Source of the DNA: Lama glama
Lineage: Eukaryota
Assembly: GCA_028534125.1 (NCBI GenBank)
Contig: CM052817.1
Span: 55,182,001-55,246,000 of the forward strand
DNA length: 64,000 nucleotides
Reading direction: 5' to 3'
Part shown: in pieces, positions 1 through 14,257 of the stretch
How the letters are laid out: the number at the start of each line of letters is the position of its first letter
How positions within the stretch are numbered: the stretch's first letter is position 1
Notes under the pieces: model-generated
The model's input: the letters and a program-made list of their open reading frames with translations, nothing else
What the model was told of the DNA's origin: nothing
Databases searched by the model: none
Program-made: the position numbers and the translations under genes

Positions 1-3000
1 CCTTAGTATGTAGCTTACTTCAAGGATTTCACTCCATTGTTTTCAATGAATTTAAATCCTTACCGGTTTCAGGCTTCATAAGTGCAAGTCCATCTTTACA
101 GGTGCTTCTTAGAATTAATTGCTATTTTATAGGTAATAACCATTTATATAATTAGATTAGGAAAGTTAGCAATTTTAAAAATGGCTGGAATTGAGTGGCA
201 TTATAAAAATTGACACTGCCATCATGCTTCTTAAATTTTCTTAAACCTCTTTAAGGAGTTGGGAAAAAAGTTACTAAAACAGTAGTCTATTTTCAAAGAA
301 TTCAGCTTTAAGATAAGTCCAGTAGAATCTTACTTTGTAATTTCCTGATAATTCACCACTGTATCACATATGCTGGAACTGCTTCTTTTCAAGGAAATCA
401 ATGATATAGATTAGTACTGTGATTTTATTTCTTTGAGGAGTTAATTGATGGGCACAGTATACAGTAATAGCAGGCCTGTCCATTATTGCCTCTGTGCTGG
501 CTCCTGTCTGATGGAGATCCCCTGTTGTCTTGTCCACCTGTTCTAAATTGACATCCAAATGCTCTTCCCTAGGGCTTCTTTTCAAAATATTTGCTTAGAA
601 GAAAAGTGATGCCTACTCCCAGTTTTGACATTGTAGTAATATTCTTACTGAGATCTGGGGCCATTACAACATCCTTTCAGAGGTGATTGAACTTCCCATA
701 CACTTACTTCCAAGAGTTTACAGTTAACACACACACCTGGAAGATACAATGTGGCAAGATATTAGTTGACCTGAAGATTAATAAATAATTTATATACATA
801 TATACGTGATAAAGTGAATTAAAATTTACTGATATATGTATTTTTTAAAGAAAGTGTATGAAATTATACCAACTAAAATTTCAGAGTTCTTGTACTTTTT
901 CAAAGAGTAGACTATTTCTACGTATTTACAGATACATAAGTACAATGGTGCATAAATAAATGAAGAGGGGACTATAATATTTAAATTTCAACAAATGAGA
1001 CACCATACTAGTTAAACAGCTTAAGCTGATTTTTGTGTATAATTTGTACTGAATTTTTGCATCCATTTTTATCAGGCTGAACATTTTCTTTTTAAAATTG
1101 AAGACAGCAATAACACTGAGATAAGTAAACTTTATGGATCTAGCAATATTTTATATAAAATATATAGATAGATTATTTATATATATTCGTGATATATACA
1201 ATTATTTATTTTTAACCAATCACATAAAATATTGTTTTAGCAATTCTATTAATTCTTTGCCAGTCACTTTTGGGATATCAAATTTACCTTGCCCTGTATT
1301 TTGTAGGCTATGACCTTTATTCACAGGGAAGATCAGTTTCACATAAAATTGAAATGTATAGCCCAATATAGAGAATGACTAAGGAAATAAGAATTTTGCC
1401 AAATATGTTAACGTGTCATCCTCACTAATGTACAAGGTGCCAGAAATCACAACCTTTAGTTATTTATCTAGTTTAAAGTACAGTCTACTGAAAACAACTT
1501 TGAACGTCAAAGATAAAATAAAACAGGGTTTAGTGCTATACATTAAGTTATTAGTGGTCATTCTTGAATAAGGAGGTGTAAGTGATCAGACTGTCAAGCT
1601 AACAGTCCACCTAAAGTATAAGAGAAGGCCATTTTGATGGTTTTAAATTGCTAGAAAATAGGAAAGGAGAGATGTTACAGTGGAATATCAAGGGTAAACA
1701 GAAAGCAGAATGAGGTCTTTGTTGGTAGTTTTAATGAAAAGAAAGTCAGTGTTGACTAAGCAAGATGACTTTTTATTTACTACCTGATAAAGGACACAGT
1801 TCAAGCTCCTTAATATGGAGTACAGGACCCTCTATAATACCATTCTTTCTGGCTTTCCATTAGTAGAAGAGCACCAGGGAATCTACATCTTAACCTAATT
1901 TGTTATACCCCTCTCCCAACTTCAATTAGAGGGGAGTTAATTCTTGCACTAGGAGTAGATATTTCCATGAGAAAATGTTCATTAATTATCTTCCTTCAAC
2001 TATATATTCTAAATAAGATTTCTTTAATAATCTTGCAGAACAACTGAAATAACTTAGGATTTCACAGTTTAGACAGGCGATTTTATACATTAAATTTTAG
2101 ATTATTACATTAATTTTTTTGCCCCTGACTCAAGCTGTCATATGCTGTGTATGTTAACATATATAAATATAATTACTTGTATTTATTAAATTTACTTATT
2201 TAATATTTCTCACTTGCATTATTGCCTTCTTTGCCTTTCCTATATTTAAATAGTCATTCTTACTCATTACCTCAAGAAAAGAATATGAGAGAAAAAAGTG
2301 AGTCACTTTTGAAACTTGAATTTTCAAAAGTCTATACCCAAAAGGGAATAAAAAGGATATAAAATTTGGGGGAAAAATTAAGAGCGAGCATGCTGTGACT
2401 CCTGGCAAGGAACTCCCTCCCCATGCTTCTTCCCCATAACCTAGAGGAAAATAGGATTCCCTGAGCAGAAACAAAGTAGAGTGAAGCAAGTGGTATTGAA
2501 TGTTAGAGAAAGGGGCTCTGTGCTCTTTTCTTTGGCCAAATCCCAGGTAAATTTTTGATATTCAAGCATAAATGAAACCTGTTTCTCATTTCCTGTGAAG
2601 AGCCCTTGGGAGATGGTAGGAATGCAGAGACCAGAAAAGAATGTGTAATGTCTCTCACCATATAAGACCTAAAAAGATTCAGAGACTATCCCAAAACTTG
2701 GTCTGGAGAACTCTTTAAAATAGTCATTTGTACACAAGTAATAAGAACCAACAAAAACAATGGTCATCTTAGGAGATGCTAGCATATACACTATCAATTG
2801 GACAATTATCTAGTGAACCTCTATTAGGTGGCAAATCTTTATAGACAATGAGGCACAGCAGCAGTGATCAATGCACTCGAAATCCCTGCCTTTGCAGAAA
2901 TTACATTCTGTTGACAGGTGGGTGGCATTAAGAACCAGATATTCATATGTAACTCCTCAGCACGTTGAAAACCTTCCAGAACTTGAATTGAACTCTCAGG

Positions 3001-3603
3001 GAAATGACAGTCTATGTAAATGAACACAAAGAATGGACTATGATGAAAATATTGACAATTAAATTGTTACAGAAAATCAAGTAAAATTTTAATTCATTAA
3101 ATACCTGAGTTTCTGGAGTGGATATTGTATCTTCTGATTATATGCACTGTTGCACTAGAGAATGTATCAAACACTTTTATTATACATTATTTTATGTTAC
3201 TGTTGTTGTCATGATCATTTCTTGAGCACATTCAACACAGTGCACAAGATCCCAAAAATTCTCCCAAAATTAATGAACTTCTTTAACTCTTTTAAAAAAT
3301 AAATATGAACACTAAAATATTCATTTGTATTCAATCAAAGTGAAGAGACACAGCATTGGTTCTTCAGGATCGCCCAAACCCATAAGTATTAAGTATGGTT
3401 AGCATTAAGGCACAGTACATTGTAACAAATTCTTCATATATACAGATTTAGAGAAGCATAATTTTATACTTTAAACATAATTCATTTTGTTCTGGAAAAT
3501 ATTTCTAATTTGGTGAGATCACATTTTATTTTCACCATATAACTGATGTTAGTGGCACTCTTTATCAAGAGTCTTATGTAATATAAAAATGACAAATTAT
3601 TTC

Positions 3604-6055
3604 TTTTAACTGAGATATAATTCACGTAACATAAAATTCCCTAGTTTAAGATATACAGTTAACTGAGTTTTAGTATGTATGGCAGACTGTACAACCATCA
3701 CCCTTGTCTAATTTCAGAATATTTTATTACCACTGCAAAAAAACAGTAACAATAACAAGAACTCTGTATCAAGTAGTAGTCACTCCCCTTTCTGTCCTAT
3801 GCCCAACCCCAGGCAACAACTAATTTACATTCTCTCTTGAACAGTTTGTCTACTCTGGATATTTTATATAAGCTGAATCATTCAATATGTGGGCCTTTGT
3901 GACTAGCCCCTTTCACTTAGGATATTTTCTAGGTTCATCCATGTCGTGGCATGTATTAGTATTTCATTTCTTTTTATTGTATTGAATGAATTTATTCCAT
4001 TGTGTTGGTATGATGATTTATTTATCTATCCATCAGTTTATGAGCACTTGCTTTGTTTCCTTTTTTGAGCTATTATAAATAATGCTGTTGTAAACCTCCA
4101 TCTACAAGTTTTTATGTGGGTATGTCTTGGGTACAGAGCTTAGAAAAGAATCTCTGGGTTGTAGGACAACTGCATGTTTAACTTTTTGAGGAACAGCCAG
4201 ACTGTTTTCCACAGAAGCCCGAACACTTTACATTCTTATCAGCAATAGGTCAGAATTTCAATTTTTCCACATATTCAGCAACACATGTTATTTTCTATTC
4301 ATTTGACTGTAGCCATCCTAGTGGGCATAAAATGGTATCTCACTGTAATTTTGATTTACATTTTGCTAATGGTGTTAGGTATCTTTTCATGTGTTTATTA
4401 ACCATTTGCATATCTTTTTTGTAGAAATATCTAGCTAAATCCTCTATTTGTCAGTGGGTAATTTACCTTTTTATTGCTGAGATATAAGACGTGTCTATAT
4501 ATTCTAAATACTAGGCCCTTATCAGATATAGATTTGTCTTTTCACTTTTTTGATAATGTGCTTTGATGCACAAAAGCTTCTAATTTCAGTGAAGTCCAGT
4601 TTATCTATTTTTATGTTGTTGCTTATGCTGTTGTTGTCACATTCAAGATTACAAAGATTGACAGGTATATTTTCTCTGGAAGGCTTTATAGCTTTGGCAA
4701 TAATTTGCAGGATTTTGGTCAATTTTTAGTTAATGTTTGTATATAATGTGAGGTAGGGATTCAAATTCATTCTATAGCATGTTGATATCCAGATGTTCTA
4801 GAACCATTTGTCGAAAAGACTGTGCTACCTTCATTCAATGCTTTTGGCACCTTTGTCAAAACCAATTGACCACAAGTTTATTTCTGGAATCTCAATTCTA
4901 TTTCATTGCTTTTTTTGTCTATCTTTATGCCAGTACCATGCTGTCTTAATTACTCTAGTTTTGTAGTTTAGTTTTGAAATTGGGAAGTACAAATCCTCCA
5001 ATTTTGTTCTTTTGCAAAATTGTTTTTGGGAGCCTGAGTTTCTTGAATATTCAGGATCAGCTTTTCAATTTCTGGGGGTAAAAAAGTAGTTGGAATTTTG
5101 ATAAATATTACATTAAATCTGTAGATCAATTTTTAGAGTATAGCTGTCTTAATAGTATTATGCCTTTCCATCCATAATCAAGGAATTTTTTTCTTTTTTT
5201 GGTGGTATTTATTTTATTTCAACAATGTTTTTAGTTTTCACCATGCAAGTATTGCACTTCTTGTGTCAAATTTATTCCTAAGAATTTTATTCTTCTTAAT
5301 GCTATGTAAATGGAATTTCCTTAGTCTCATTTTCAGATCGTTTCTTGCTAGTGTATCAAACTGTAACTTATTTTTTAATATTGAGCTTGTGCTCTGCAAC
5401 TTTGCTAACCTTGTTTGTTAGTGCTAATGGATATTTGTGGCGTTGAGAAAGTTCCTATATATAAGATCATGCCACCTCCAAGTAGACATAATTTTACTTC
5501 TTCCTTTATAATCTAGGTACCCTTATTTCTTTCTTCGTGCCTAACTGTCCTGGTTAGAACCTACAGTACATTGTTGAAAAGAGATGACAGAATACTCAGC
5601 CTTATTCCTGATTTCAGGGGAGAGCTTTCATTCTTGCTCCAGTAAGTATGACTTAGGTTTTGAGGAAATTCCCTTCCAGTTTTCTTCGTGTTTTTATCAT
5701 GAAAGGATATTGAATTTTGTCATTTTTTAAAGTCTATATCTATTGAAGTGTTCATAATTTTTTTCTATTATGGTGTATTTTAGTGACTCATTTTCTCATA
5801 CCAAATATCCTTGCATGCCTTGGTTAAATCCCACTTAGTCAAGGTGTGTAATCCTTTTTACATGCTGTAGGATTTGTATTGATGATTTGTATTGATTTTC
5901 TGGGGATTTTTGCTCTTATATTAAGCAAGGATATTGTTCTGCAATTTCTTTTCTTTTAATGTGTTTGTCTAATTTTGGCATTATGGTAATTCTGACTTTT
6001 GGAAAGAATTTGGATGTGTTCTCTCCTCTCTTATATTTGGTAGAATTTGCCAGTA
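3604..6055 (-). mobile_element. Old 5'-truncated LINE-1 (L1MB-like): 3' UTR plus decayed ORF2 3' half
   Basis: Starts with the antisense L1MB-type tail (tgagatataattcacgtaacataaaattc...acaaccatcacc). Minus ORF 4522-4722 contains KIDKLDFTEIRSFCASKHIIKKVKRQ, matching the L1 ORF2 C-terminal KIDKWDLIKLKSFCTAKET motif. Many stops and indels; ends approximate. Confidence 0.9.
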
Positions 6056-6077
6056 AATTTATCTGTCCTTCTAATGT

Positions 6078-6982
6078 TTTAAAAAAGTGTATACATTAAG
6101 ATTTACTGTTTGTGCTATAAATTTCTGAGTTTTCACAAATGTGGAGTGTGATTATATCTATCACTTAAATATTAAACAGGATAGTTATATTGTCCTCAAA
6201 AATCCCTTTTCTTCAGTTGTTTCACCCTCTTCCCTCACTCTTCCCAACCCAGAACACCTAGTAACCACTCATATGTTTACTATTTCTATAGCTATACTTT
6301 TTGTAAAATTTCATATAAACAGTATGTTACCTTTTCAGACTAGCTTCTTTTACTTAGCAATATGCATTTAAATTGCATCCAGGTTTTGGTGTAACTTTAC
6401 AGCTCATTTGTTTCTGTCACTGAATAGCATTTAATTGTATGGATGCATCACAATTTGTTTATCCATTCACTTTGAAGGACATCTGGTTCCTTATACTTTT
6501 TGATGATTTTGAATAAAATTGCTATATTTACTCATGTTAAAGTTTTTTTGTGGATATCAATTTTTAAGTAAGTTTGATAAATATCCAACAGAATAATTGC
6601 TTAATCCTATGGGAACATTATGTTTAGCTCTGTAAGAATATTTTGTACTAAAGTGGATGTACCAGGCTTAATTCCCACTATTAGTGAGAGTTCCTATTGC
6701 TCCACATTCTCACTAACAATTTATATTGTTCAATTTTTGTTGTTGTTTGTCCTTGTTGTGATTTGGTTTTTAGCCATTCTAATGTGTATGTAGTAGTATC
6801 TCAGTATGTTTTAGTTTGCATTTCCCCAATCACAGATGATGTTGAATCTTTTTTATATGTTTATTTGCCATTTTTATATGTTCATTGCCGTTTTTATATT
6901 GAGGTCTTTTGCCCATTTCAATTTTTCTCCTGCATTCTTTTTTTGAAATTTAAGAGTTCTTGTATATTTTGGATATATTCTC
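6078..6982 (-). mobile_element. Old LINE-1 3' end (L1MC-like)
   Basis: Antisense L1 3' UTR motifs (gtaaccactcatatgtttactatttctatag; cacaatttgtttatccattcac; ttttagccattctaat...ttagtttgcatttccc). Confidence 0.8.
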
Positions 6983-6984
6983 TG

Positions 6985-7465
6985 ATTTTATTCTTTGTTC
7001 TGAAAAGATATAAAGCTGTGGTTCAGGCATCCAACATGGTGACAGGTGGCCATTTTAAAGAGGATTTCAGACACAAATCTGCATCACTGAGAACCTGATT
7101 TTCTAAACTGTATCAAACTCAGTGACTGCTAGCCATTTTCAAAACAACATCTGCTAGCGGCTGCCAGTTGCAACCTTATGGTCTCAAGGTCTCCTCCTTT
7201 AACTGTGCAACCATTTTGGATCCCAACAAATCCTTGCTTAACAAGCATTCTTACTTCTTGCTGGCTCCAATCCAAATTCTTGACAAAACAACTCATGTAA
7301 CTTTGTGGGTTTTGCCTAGATAAGCCTCCCCCATTTTGCAGTCCAGCAGAATACAATTTGAGTGCTTCCTGAATCTGTGTCTTCCAGGCTATGATCTCAG
7401 TTTGGCTTGAATAAAACTCTTTTCTAGTCCTAATGCAGATTGCTTACTGATTATTTGCATGGGCA
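6985..7465 (+). mobile_element. Solo LTR, ERV1-like
   Basis: LTR R/U5-like end: cttccaggctatgatctcagtttggcttgAATAAAactc...gattatttgcatgggca. Subfamily and 5' end uncertain. Confidence 0.6.
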
Positions 7466-8379
7466 ATATAAAGTGGTTTCCTCTGTATAGATGTGATTTC
7501 CAGCAAAACAATGTAGCACATCTTCTTATATTAAAATTCATACTATTAGGGTGAAAAAATAATAGAAAAATACCCCGAATTCCTGAATGTTTAAAAACAT
7601 TGTTCTAAACACTATCTTTCTAATAATTAACAAGGTTATTAATAAACAGTTATTCCTCAAGTCTATGCTGTTTTGCAAATCCTGAACCTTAATATTTAAG
7701 AATATCTTGAACCAATCATACCTTAATTATTTTAGAATTTTTAATTTGCATAGTTGTCTCCTAGATAAACTAGAGACAATCAAAAGGCTGTAACTCAATA
7801 CAAAGAAGCCTTAAAGATCACAAAAAATGCACAATTGAGTCAAATATCTGCACTATAGTAAATAAATATTTGGCAAAAAATAAATTGAATCAGTTTGATG
7901 AGGATGCTAGTTCTTAATTAAGCAAGTAGTTTATCTACGTGAAAGTCTTCATTAAAACATGTAAAAACACATATATTTGTGCTGAAATACTGTGAGTTAA
8001 TCTAACATAATATCTTCATTTTAGATATTTAGACATAAGGAATTTGAGAATTAAATAATTTCAATGATTTGGTCTATGTTCAAAGTTAAAGAATTAATTG
8101 CAGAAACAGTAGTGGGTTTATAATCTCCTCCTAGTCATTTTTTCCTCAGAAATATGACTTCACAACTCAAATATTCTTATTAGCCTATACTTTCAGGCTA
8201 ATAAGAAAGAAAGTGTACTTACCCAACAAGTAATCACATTGCTTTGTTTTCTATAGGTGGTATTCTAAAAAATGAAAGTGAAGGAATGTTTTTCTTCAGT
8301 TAAAACAAAAACAAAAACTTTTTTTCTTCTTAAAGGATGAAATCTAATAAAAATTGAAGGAGCATAAGACCAACTGCTG

Positions 8380-8620
8380 AGTGGTGTGCAGGTTATGAGC
8401 ATAGATTCTAGCATCAGAAATATTTCTGAAAAAATATTAAGCTGCCATAATAGCTCTGAGAATATGCTTATAACTTAATCACAGTAAGCCTCAATGTTCT
8501 CATCTGTAAAATGTACTTAATATAATTATTTTTATGTACACTTTTATGAGTATACAGTGAGACACTGCATACATATGACTGTATACAGAATCTAGAGCAT
8601 AGTTAATGCTTTAAGAAAAT
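8380..8620 (+). mobile_element. MIR SINE
   Basis: Core motif taacttaatcacagtaagcctcaatgttctcatctgtaaaatg. Confidence 0.7.
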
Positions 8621-10404
8621 GTTGCTTCTTAATCTGATTTAAGTTAAACAATCTTTTTATACCTTACATAGTGGAAAAAACTAAAAAAACTCATTCCTTA
8701 TGGTATGCATGTGTGTGGGAGTGTACATAAAAGAACAGGTCAAGAATAATTTTCAATGCTAACCTGCCCATCATAGTAAGAAAGTAGACTGAAGCACTGA
8801 AGTTTACAGAGGAGACAGATTTTTGGACAGATTGCTAGGAAGTAGAAGAGATAGAGTTAAGTTTTAGATGAAAAATAATAAATTCTATATATAGCTTGGA
8901 AACCTATGTATGATAGGGTATTTCCATAGACAGAGAAGCCACATAATTTTATAGAGACACAGAAAGGAAGCTTGAATTAAATTTTTAGCTGATCAATCTG
9001 TATTTTATTTATCCATTAATATAGGTGAAGATTTTATTTATCTACTAAATATGTGTGTGGGGATCTATTGTGTACCAGTTATGAGGAAGAAGTCTGCTGT
9101 ACATACAGCAATGCAGATATAGTCCCTGTCCTCAAGATCTTTTCAATTGATGAAAGAACTCATTAAACAAGTACAATAATAGAAATACCCTAAAATTTAC
9201 AGAGGGAAGTGTTTTCAAGCTCTATAACAGACACCCAATAATCTTTAAACACTATTTCCTGTCTCACATATATACACACATACATATTTATATCAGCAAG
9301 CTTATGCTTTTTCTGTCAATTTTGAAAATATTTTTAGCAAGATGCCCTATTAAAGATTTAACTTCTGTTGTTTCTGTTGTTTGAATTTTTTACTATTATA
9401 GCAAGCAAGTAGCAAGAAAGTTACCCTGGTCATATTTGGGAAGGCAAAAGAGAAGTGATGCTGTTTTAAGTTTAGAGGTCAATCTCCTGGCTGGAAACAT
9501 AAAAATAGTTTTGGGTAAAAGATTAATGCAGAAACCACAAGGACGGAGCATCCCTGGGACCACCAGCATCTTGTAGACCTGTACATGGGATTAAATGACC
9601 TAAAAAGCACAGAAAGATGTGAACAGGAAAGGGACGCTGTGGGCAGAGTTTATCAGAGGAATCGGGTATATAAAGAGACTCAGCAGATCTGTACAACCCC
9701 GTAGGTCAACTCCTCTGAGCTTCAGTAGTGAGATAATGCAGCCTTGAGAAGCAATAATGGAGTCCACTGAGCAGACTTCAGAGAATCCCCATTTGGGTTC
9801 ACAGAGTGGCTTAATTTTCAGCACTTCATACATTTCCACAATTTGAGGAAATCTAAGGGGAAGGCCAAATGCAAAGAGAGTGATAGTAGAATTTCTGCTC
9901 TATTGGCCCATTAGAGGCAGCTTCAATTTGAACATTTAAAAAAAAAAAAAGTATATGTGCATTTACTGTGCAGACCATCTATAATGATATATTTTTCTCA
10001 AAGTGTTTTACCAAATGTTCACCTTATTCAAATATCCACAATTTGTGGACTTAGATACCCAAAAAGAAATATCTCTATTTATTACAAACCATTTCAAAAT
10101 GAACTCAGAAGCCTCAGTCCTCAGAAAGTGGCTAAGCCATTAGACACAAAAGACGAATCCTTGAAAGAATGTCTTCCTTTCATCGTATATATTTACACTT
10201 ATCTGCTACTTGCTTTCAAAAAGAGAAAAAGTGACATCATAAATAATTTACTATTTTTTAAGCCAGAGCAATCCTTAAAAGTTTATCTGATACAATCAAA
10301 ATTGCTTGCTTTATTATGTCTGATAAACAAATATTTATTGAGCTTCTGCAAGATTCTGAGCACCCTGCAATAGAAATATAGAAAAAAAATTTAGCTCTAA
10401 AAAT

Positions 10405-10520
10405 ATTTTATTATCCCATTTCATAGGCAAAGAAACTGAGGCTTGGATAAATTAAGGGACTTAAAGTTTGAGAGATTATAAATGAGTAGAGACTACAACT
10501 CCGGTCTTATCCTAGTGCTG
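10405..10520 (-). mobile_element. MIR SINE fragment, preceded by an L2 3' tail near 10320-10370
   Basis: ttatcccatttcataggcaaagaaactgaggcttgg is the antisense MIR core; aaacaaatatttattgagc is the antisense L2 tail. Confidence 0.65.
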
Positions 10521-12399
10521 TGTGATTGTCAATACACTAATCTGCTTTGCAAACATAGTCTTAAAATAACTTTACTATTTCACTTGGTGATTTTGATATT
10601 GCCTAGTACTGTTTATTGATTATACTGAATTAATCCCTGTGTATGAAAGGATAATGTTGTCTTGCTAACTTTTTAAAACTTCTCTTAAAGTCAACAGAAA
10701 AGAACAATGTGCATATGTATACATCATATATATGTATCTATTTGTGTGTATACATACACACATTCCAACATATATATCTACATATCCTATGATATGACAG
10801 AGAGAAATTTCAGGGGAGTATACAAAGAGCTTCTTACACTACTGTGGGTGATAAATAGTAGAAATACTATCAAACCACAGGTATACAGGAGCATTTTGCC
10901 ACAAACAACTACCAAATGGGACAGAAGAATTGTTATGGATGCTGAGAAAGTAGCAACACTAATAAATATTGTACATTAAACCCCTAAAAGGTAATGAAGC
11001 TAGACATTGCCTGTTACTCTCTTCAGGCAAGATTCAAGTTGGAAGCAACTACCTTATCATTTAAATGCCTTGTGCTGTACACTCTAAACCATAGACAATA
11101 TCCAACAGTGAGATCATTTTTAGGCAATAAAAATCATCTGAATAAAATTACTTAAGCAAGTGAGCATCTGTGCCTTTATCTAAATGACCAAATGCTAGAA
11201 ATTGAGGAGAGGAGCCAAGATGCTTTTTCTTGAAAGGAGGCAAAACACAGACCAAAAAATACAACATAGTATTGAAACACAGAAAACTGGCTTATTGCTT
11301 TTTATGTTCCTTGAAAGTTTTTTTTCCCAGCTAATTTGTATCTTTGTCTTTTGCTTCTGAAATAATTTGCTGTTGTAAAGTTATTTTTATCTTAGTAAAA
11401 TAATTTCCAAATATGCAAGAACACTGTGTTTAATCATGTTTTCTGTAAATGTGTGCTTTTTTCCTTTATAAAATCTTTGTACATATACTCATGACTTTCA
11501 TACTCAAAAGGTATACACATATTTTAGGGTACATACTATTTTACTTAATAGTGTTTAACTTCAATTTATTTTTCTCAGAAAATATTCTCACAGTATCTGA
11601 AAAAAATACTTTTTACTTATTAGTGATACCTAAACCTGATTTTTTTTTGCATCCTTTTGTAGGTAAATGATATTAAACTAAGATTATTCATAAACTAAGC
11701 TTGTGTCTAAAGAAAAGGACAGAGGACACACAACCTAAAAATAGTAGACATTGTTATATCCTAAGGTAGACCACAAGATTATACAATGATAGACATTTTT
11801 GGTACCTTGAACTTCAATTTAATACCTCATGATATAGGGCAAAAAGTAGAGAAGTCTAAGGTCAAAATGCAAGATACAACATTTCATTAAAATAGTTGGA
11901 AAATTTTTTTTAAAAATTAAAAGAAACACTTCAGTTTGTTCTTATTAGCTAACTTGCTGGGATGTGTTACATGTAAATGAAATAACCAAAAGTCAATGTA
12001 AAACATAGTTACTTTATTCTCAAATCATTGTATACTACTTGAAGAAAGCACTTCTGAAAGACTTTTTTAAATTGCAGGTGAACGTTTTTAACAAAGGAAA
12101 TACATCTTATGTGGAACCTGATTAGCAGGACAGAGGGTCAGAGCATGCCTGGACAATATTTAGAAATAGATTAGTCCAGAAAGAGAAGATGGTTGTTTCA
12201 AAGATTCCAAGAAGTAAATAATTAATGGGAATTCAAGTGATGGGTGCTCAGCATGAAAAATTGTAGCAGCTGTTGAAAAGTAGAGCAAGAAATCTGTACA
12301 GACCATGATTGTCCCCAGGAGGGTCCTGTTGAGTCATGAACAAGCATTCTAGCTACTCCATGGGGACTTTGGGACTCATATTCTGGATCAGGATTTTTA

Positions 12400-12730
12400 A
12401 CTCTTGTGTCAAATATATTTGCTACCATTCCCACAACCAGTTCTCAGAGAAATCATGGTTTTTGGTCAGCAGTCATGTTGTATGCTACATGGTTTTATTC
12501 CTGGGACTTACTAATTAGGCCTGATGCTACCTGGGACAAGCCTTGGGCTCATGGGCTGGCAACTCATAGATGGGAAGTCACCTTGACGTAGCCTGCCTTG
12601 GAAAGGTAGGCCAAACAAGTTCCCTCTCTGATACCTAATTTAAGAGACCCCAAATGAGCAACACAGTTAATACAGATTGCAGGGTGTGCTGTAACTGTAA
12701 AGAGCTAAGAAGAACAGCCATTGTGCGTCT
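12400..12730 (+). mobile_element. Ancient ERVL/MaLR-type LTR remnant (LTR33/MLT1K-like)
   Basis: Degenerate gatgggaagtcaccttgac...aggccaaacaagttccctctctg segment. Weak match, boundaries approximate. Confidence 0.35.
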
Positions 12731-13336
12731 GCCTTTCATTTTCAGCCAAAACTACACAGAGAGTTCCTAGGAAGTGTACTTGTGTGAGTATATCTATCTT
12801 CCCTTTAGGATTCACAATATGCGGTGAAGCATTGCTTCATTCTTTGTGTTCAGTGTCCAAAGCTGGATGTTTTCAAGACTTAGTGTTTTTAAGATCATCA
12901 GGACAATTTAAATATGTATAGACACCAAATATTTGTTAATTTTGTTAGGTATGATAGGCATTTTTTTTTTTTACTGACAAACAATTTTAATATATTATCA
13001 GCTAAAATTCTTAAGGAAATACATACTCAAACCTTCCAATTCAAACAGACATGTTTCACCTATCCCTAAATCCTGGCACCAGGATAAGAAATTTGCTGTA
13101 TTGTCTCTGGCAAAAAAGGAGCCTGAGGGTGCGCTGGCTTTGCATGGAAACTTCTTCAAGGGCAGATTCTTTGTGGCTTGTTAGCATCCATACTCTTTTT
13201 GAATTTCTCCTGCATAGTTCCTGCAAGTTGACAGAGCAAGACACCATTATCCAATTATGTAAGACAATATCTATAGTTTTTAGAGTTGCGTAGGGGATAA
13301 AATGATGTAATAGAAAGAAAGAAAGGAGAAAGGGAA

Positions 13337-13337
<1 letters not shown>

Positions 13338-13367
<30 letters not shown>

Positions 13368-13368
13368 C
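13338..13368 (+). repeat. (GAGACA)n/(GA)n simple repeat
   Basis: agagacagagacagagacagagagagac seen directly. Confidence 0.85.
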
Positions 13369-13374
13369 AAACGA

Positions 13375-13520
13375 CAAACAAATTAAGTATAGCAAAATAT
13401 TGATAGTTGTTCAATTTAGGTGATGAGTATATGGATGATCATTGTATTATTGTATGTGTTTGAAAATATTTTATAAGATTTGGTGGGAAAAAATAAATAG
13501 CTAAAAAAAAAAAAAAAAGA
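13375..13520 (+). mobile_element. Ancient L1 extreme 3' end (L1ME/L1MC4-like)
   Basis: tagcaaaatattgatagttgttcaatttaggtgatgagtatatggatgatcattgtattatt...tttgaaaatattttataa followed by an A-rich tail. Confidence 0.6.
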
Positions 13521-14086
13521 AGAAGGGGAAGAACAGCCATGAGGTTCCATAAGGAATTCATAGTAAGAGAACACTTGTTTTCACATATCCAGAGACACAA
13601 TAAAGGAGACTGTGTGGCTTTCAAAAGAGTAAGAGATTCACAGAGAAACCAGGCCATCCCTAGAAGACATAGATTGAAGCCTTATGTATCTTAAAATTAA
13701 TCTCCCTTTGGTCTTGAGGTAGTTGTAAAAACCTATTTCTTTTATATAAAAATCCTAAATAGAACAAGAGTTCATGATCCAGATACACGGGGGCAAAAGG
13801 TAATATTATAAATGATGAGGCTCCTGGGGACAGAACAGATAGGAGCCGAACACAAAGAGGCAGAGGTAGCAAGTCCTGGGGCTTCTAGGCAGTGACCTGC
13901 TCCTGGGGAACCCAGGCCGGGGGCAAGTCAAAATTCAGAATGGAGAGAGGGACAAGATTATTTTGATATAAATATCAGAATTATTAGAATGATTTACCTA
14001 CCTTATAATCCTTGGCTTCCAAACTCCTGGAATTAAATTACATGGTAAAAAATGGAGCTGAATCGACCATCAAGTTTTAAGTTGTA

Positions 14087-14257
14087 CAGGACTGGCTGCA
14101 TAAATTGTGGGGACCTAACTCAAAATGAAAATACAGAGCCCCTTTACCCAAAGCATTAAGAATTTTAAGAGGGCAATAGCTCTGCACTGGACCGAGAAGG
14201 GGACCCTTCTTAAACAGGTTCCTGTGCAACTGCCTAGCACCCATGAAGATGACCTTG
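14087..14257 (-). mobile_element. MER45A-like non-autonomous hAT DNA transposon
   Basis: caggactggctgcataaattgtggggac...cacccatgaagatgaccttg matches the reverse MER45A consensus. Degenerate 8-bp TSD aagttgta (14079-14086) / agggtgta (14258-14265), 6/8 identical. Confidence 0.8.
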
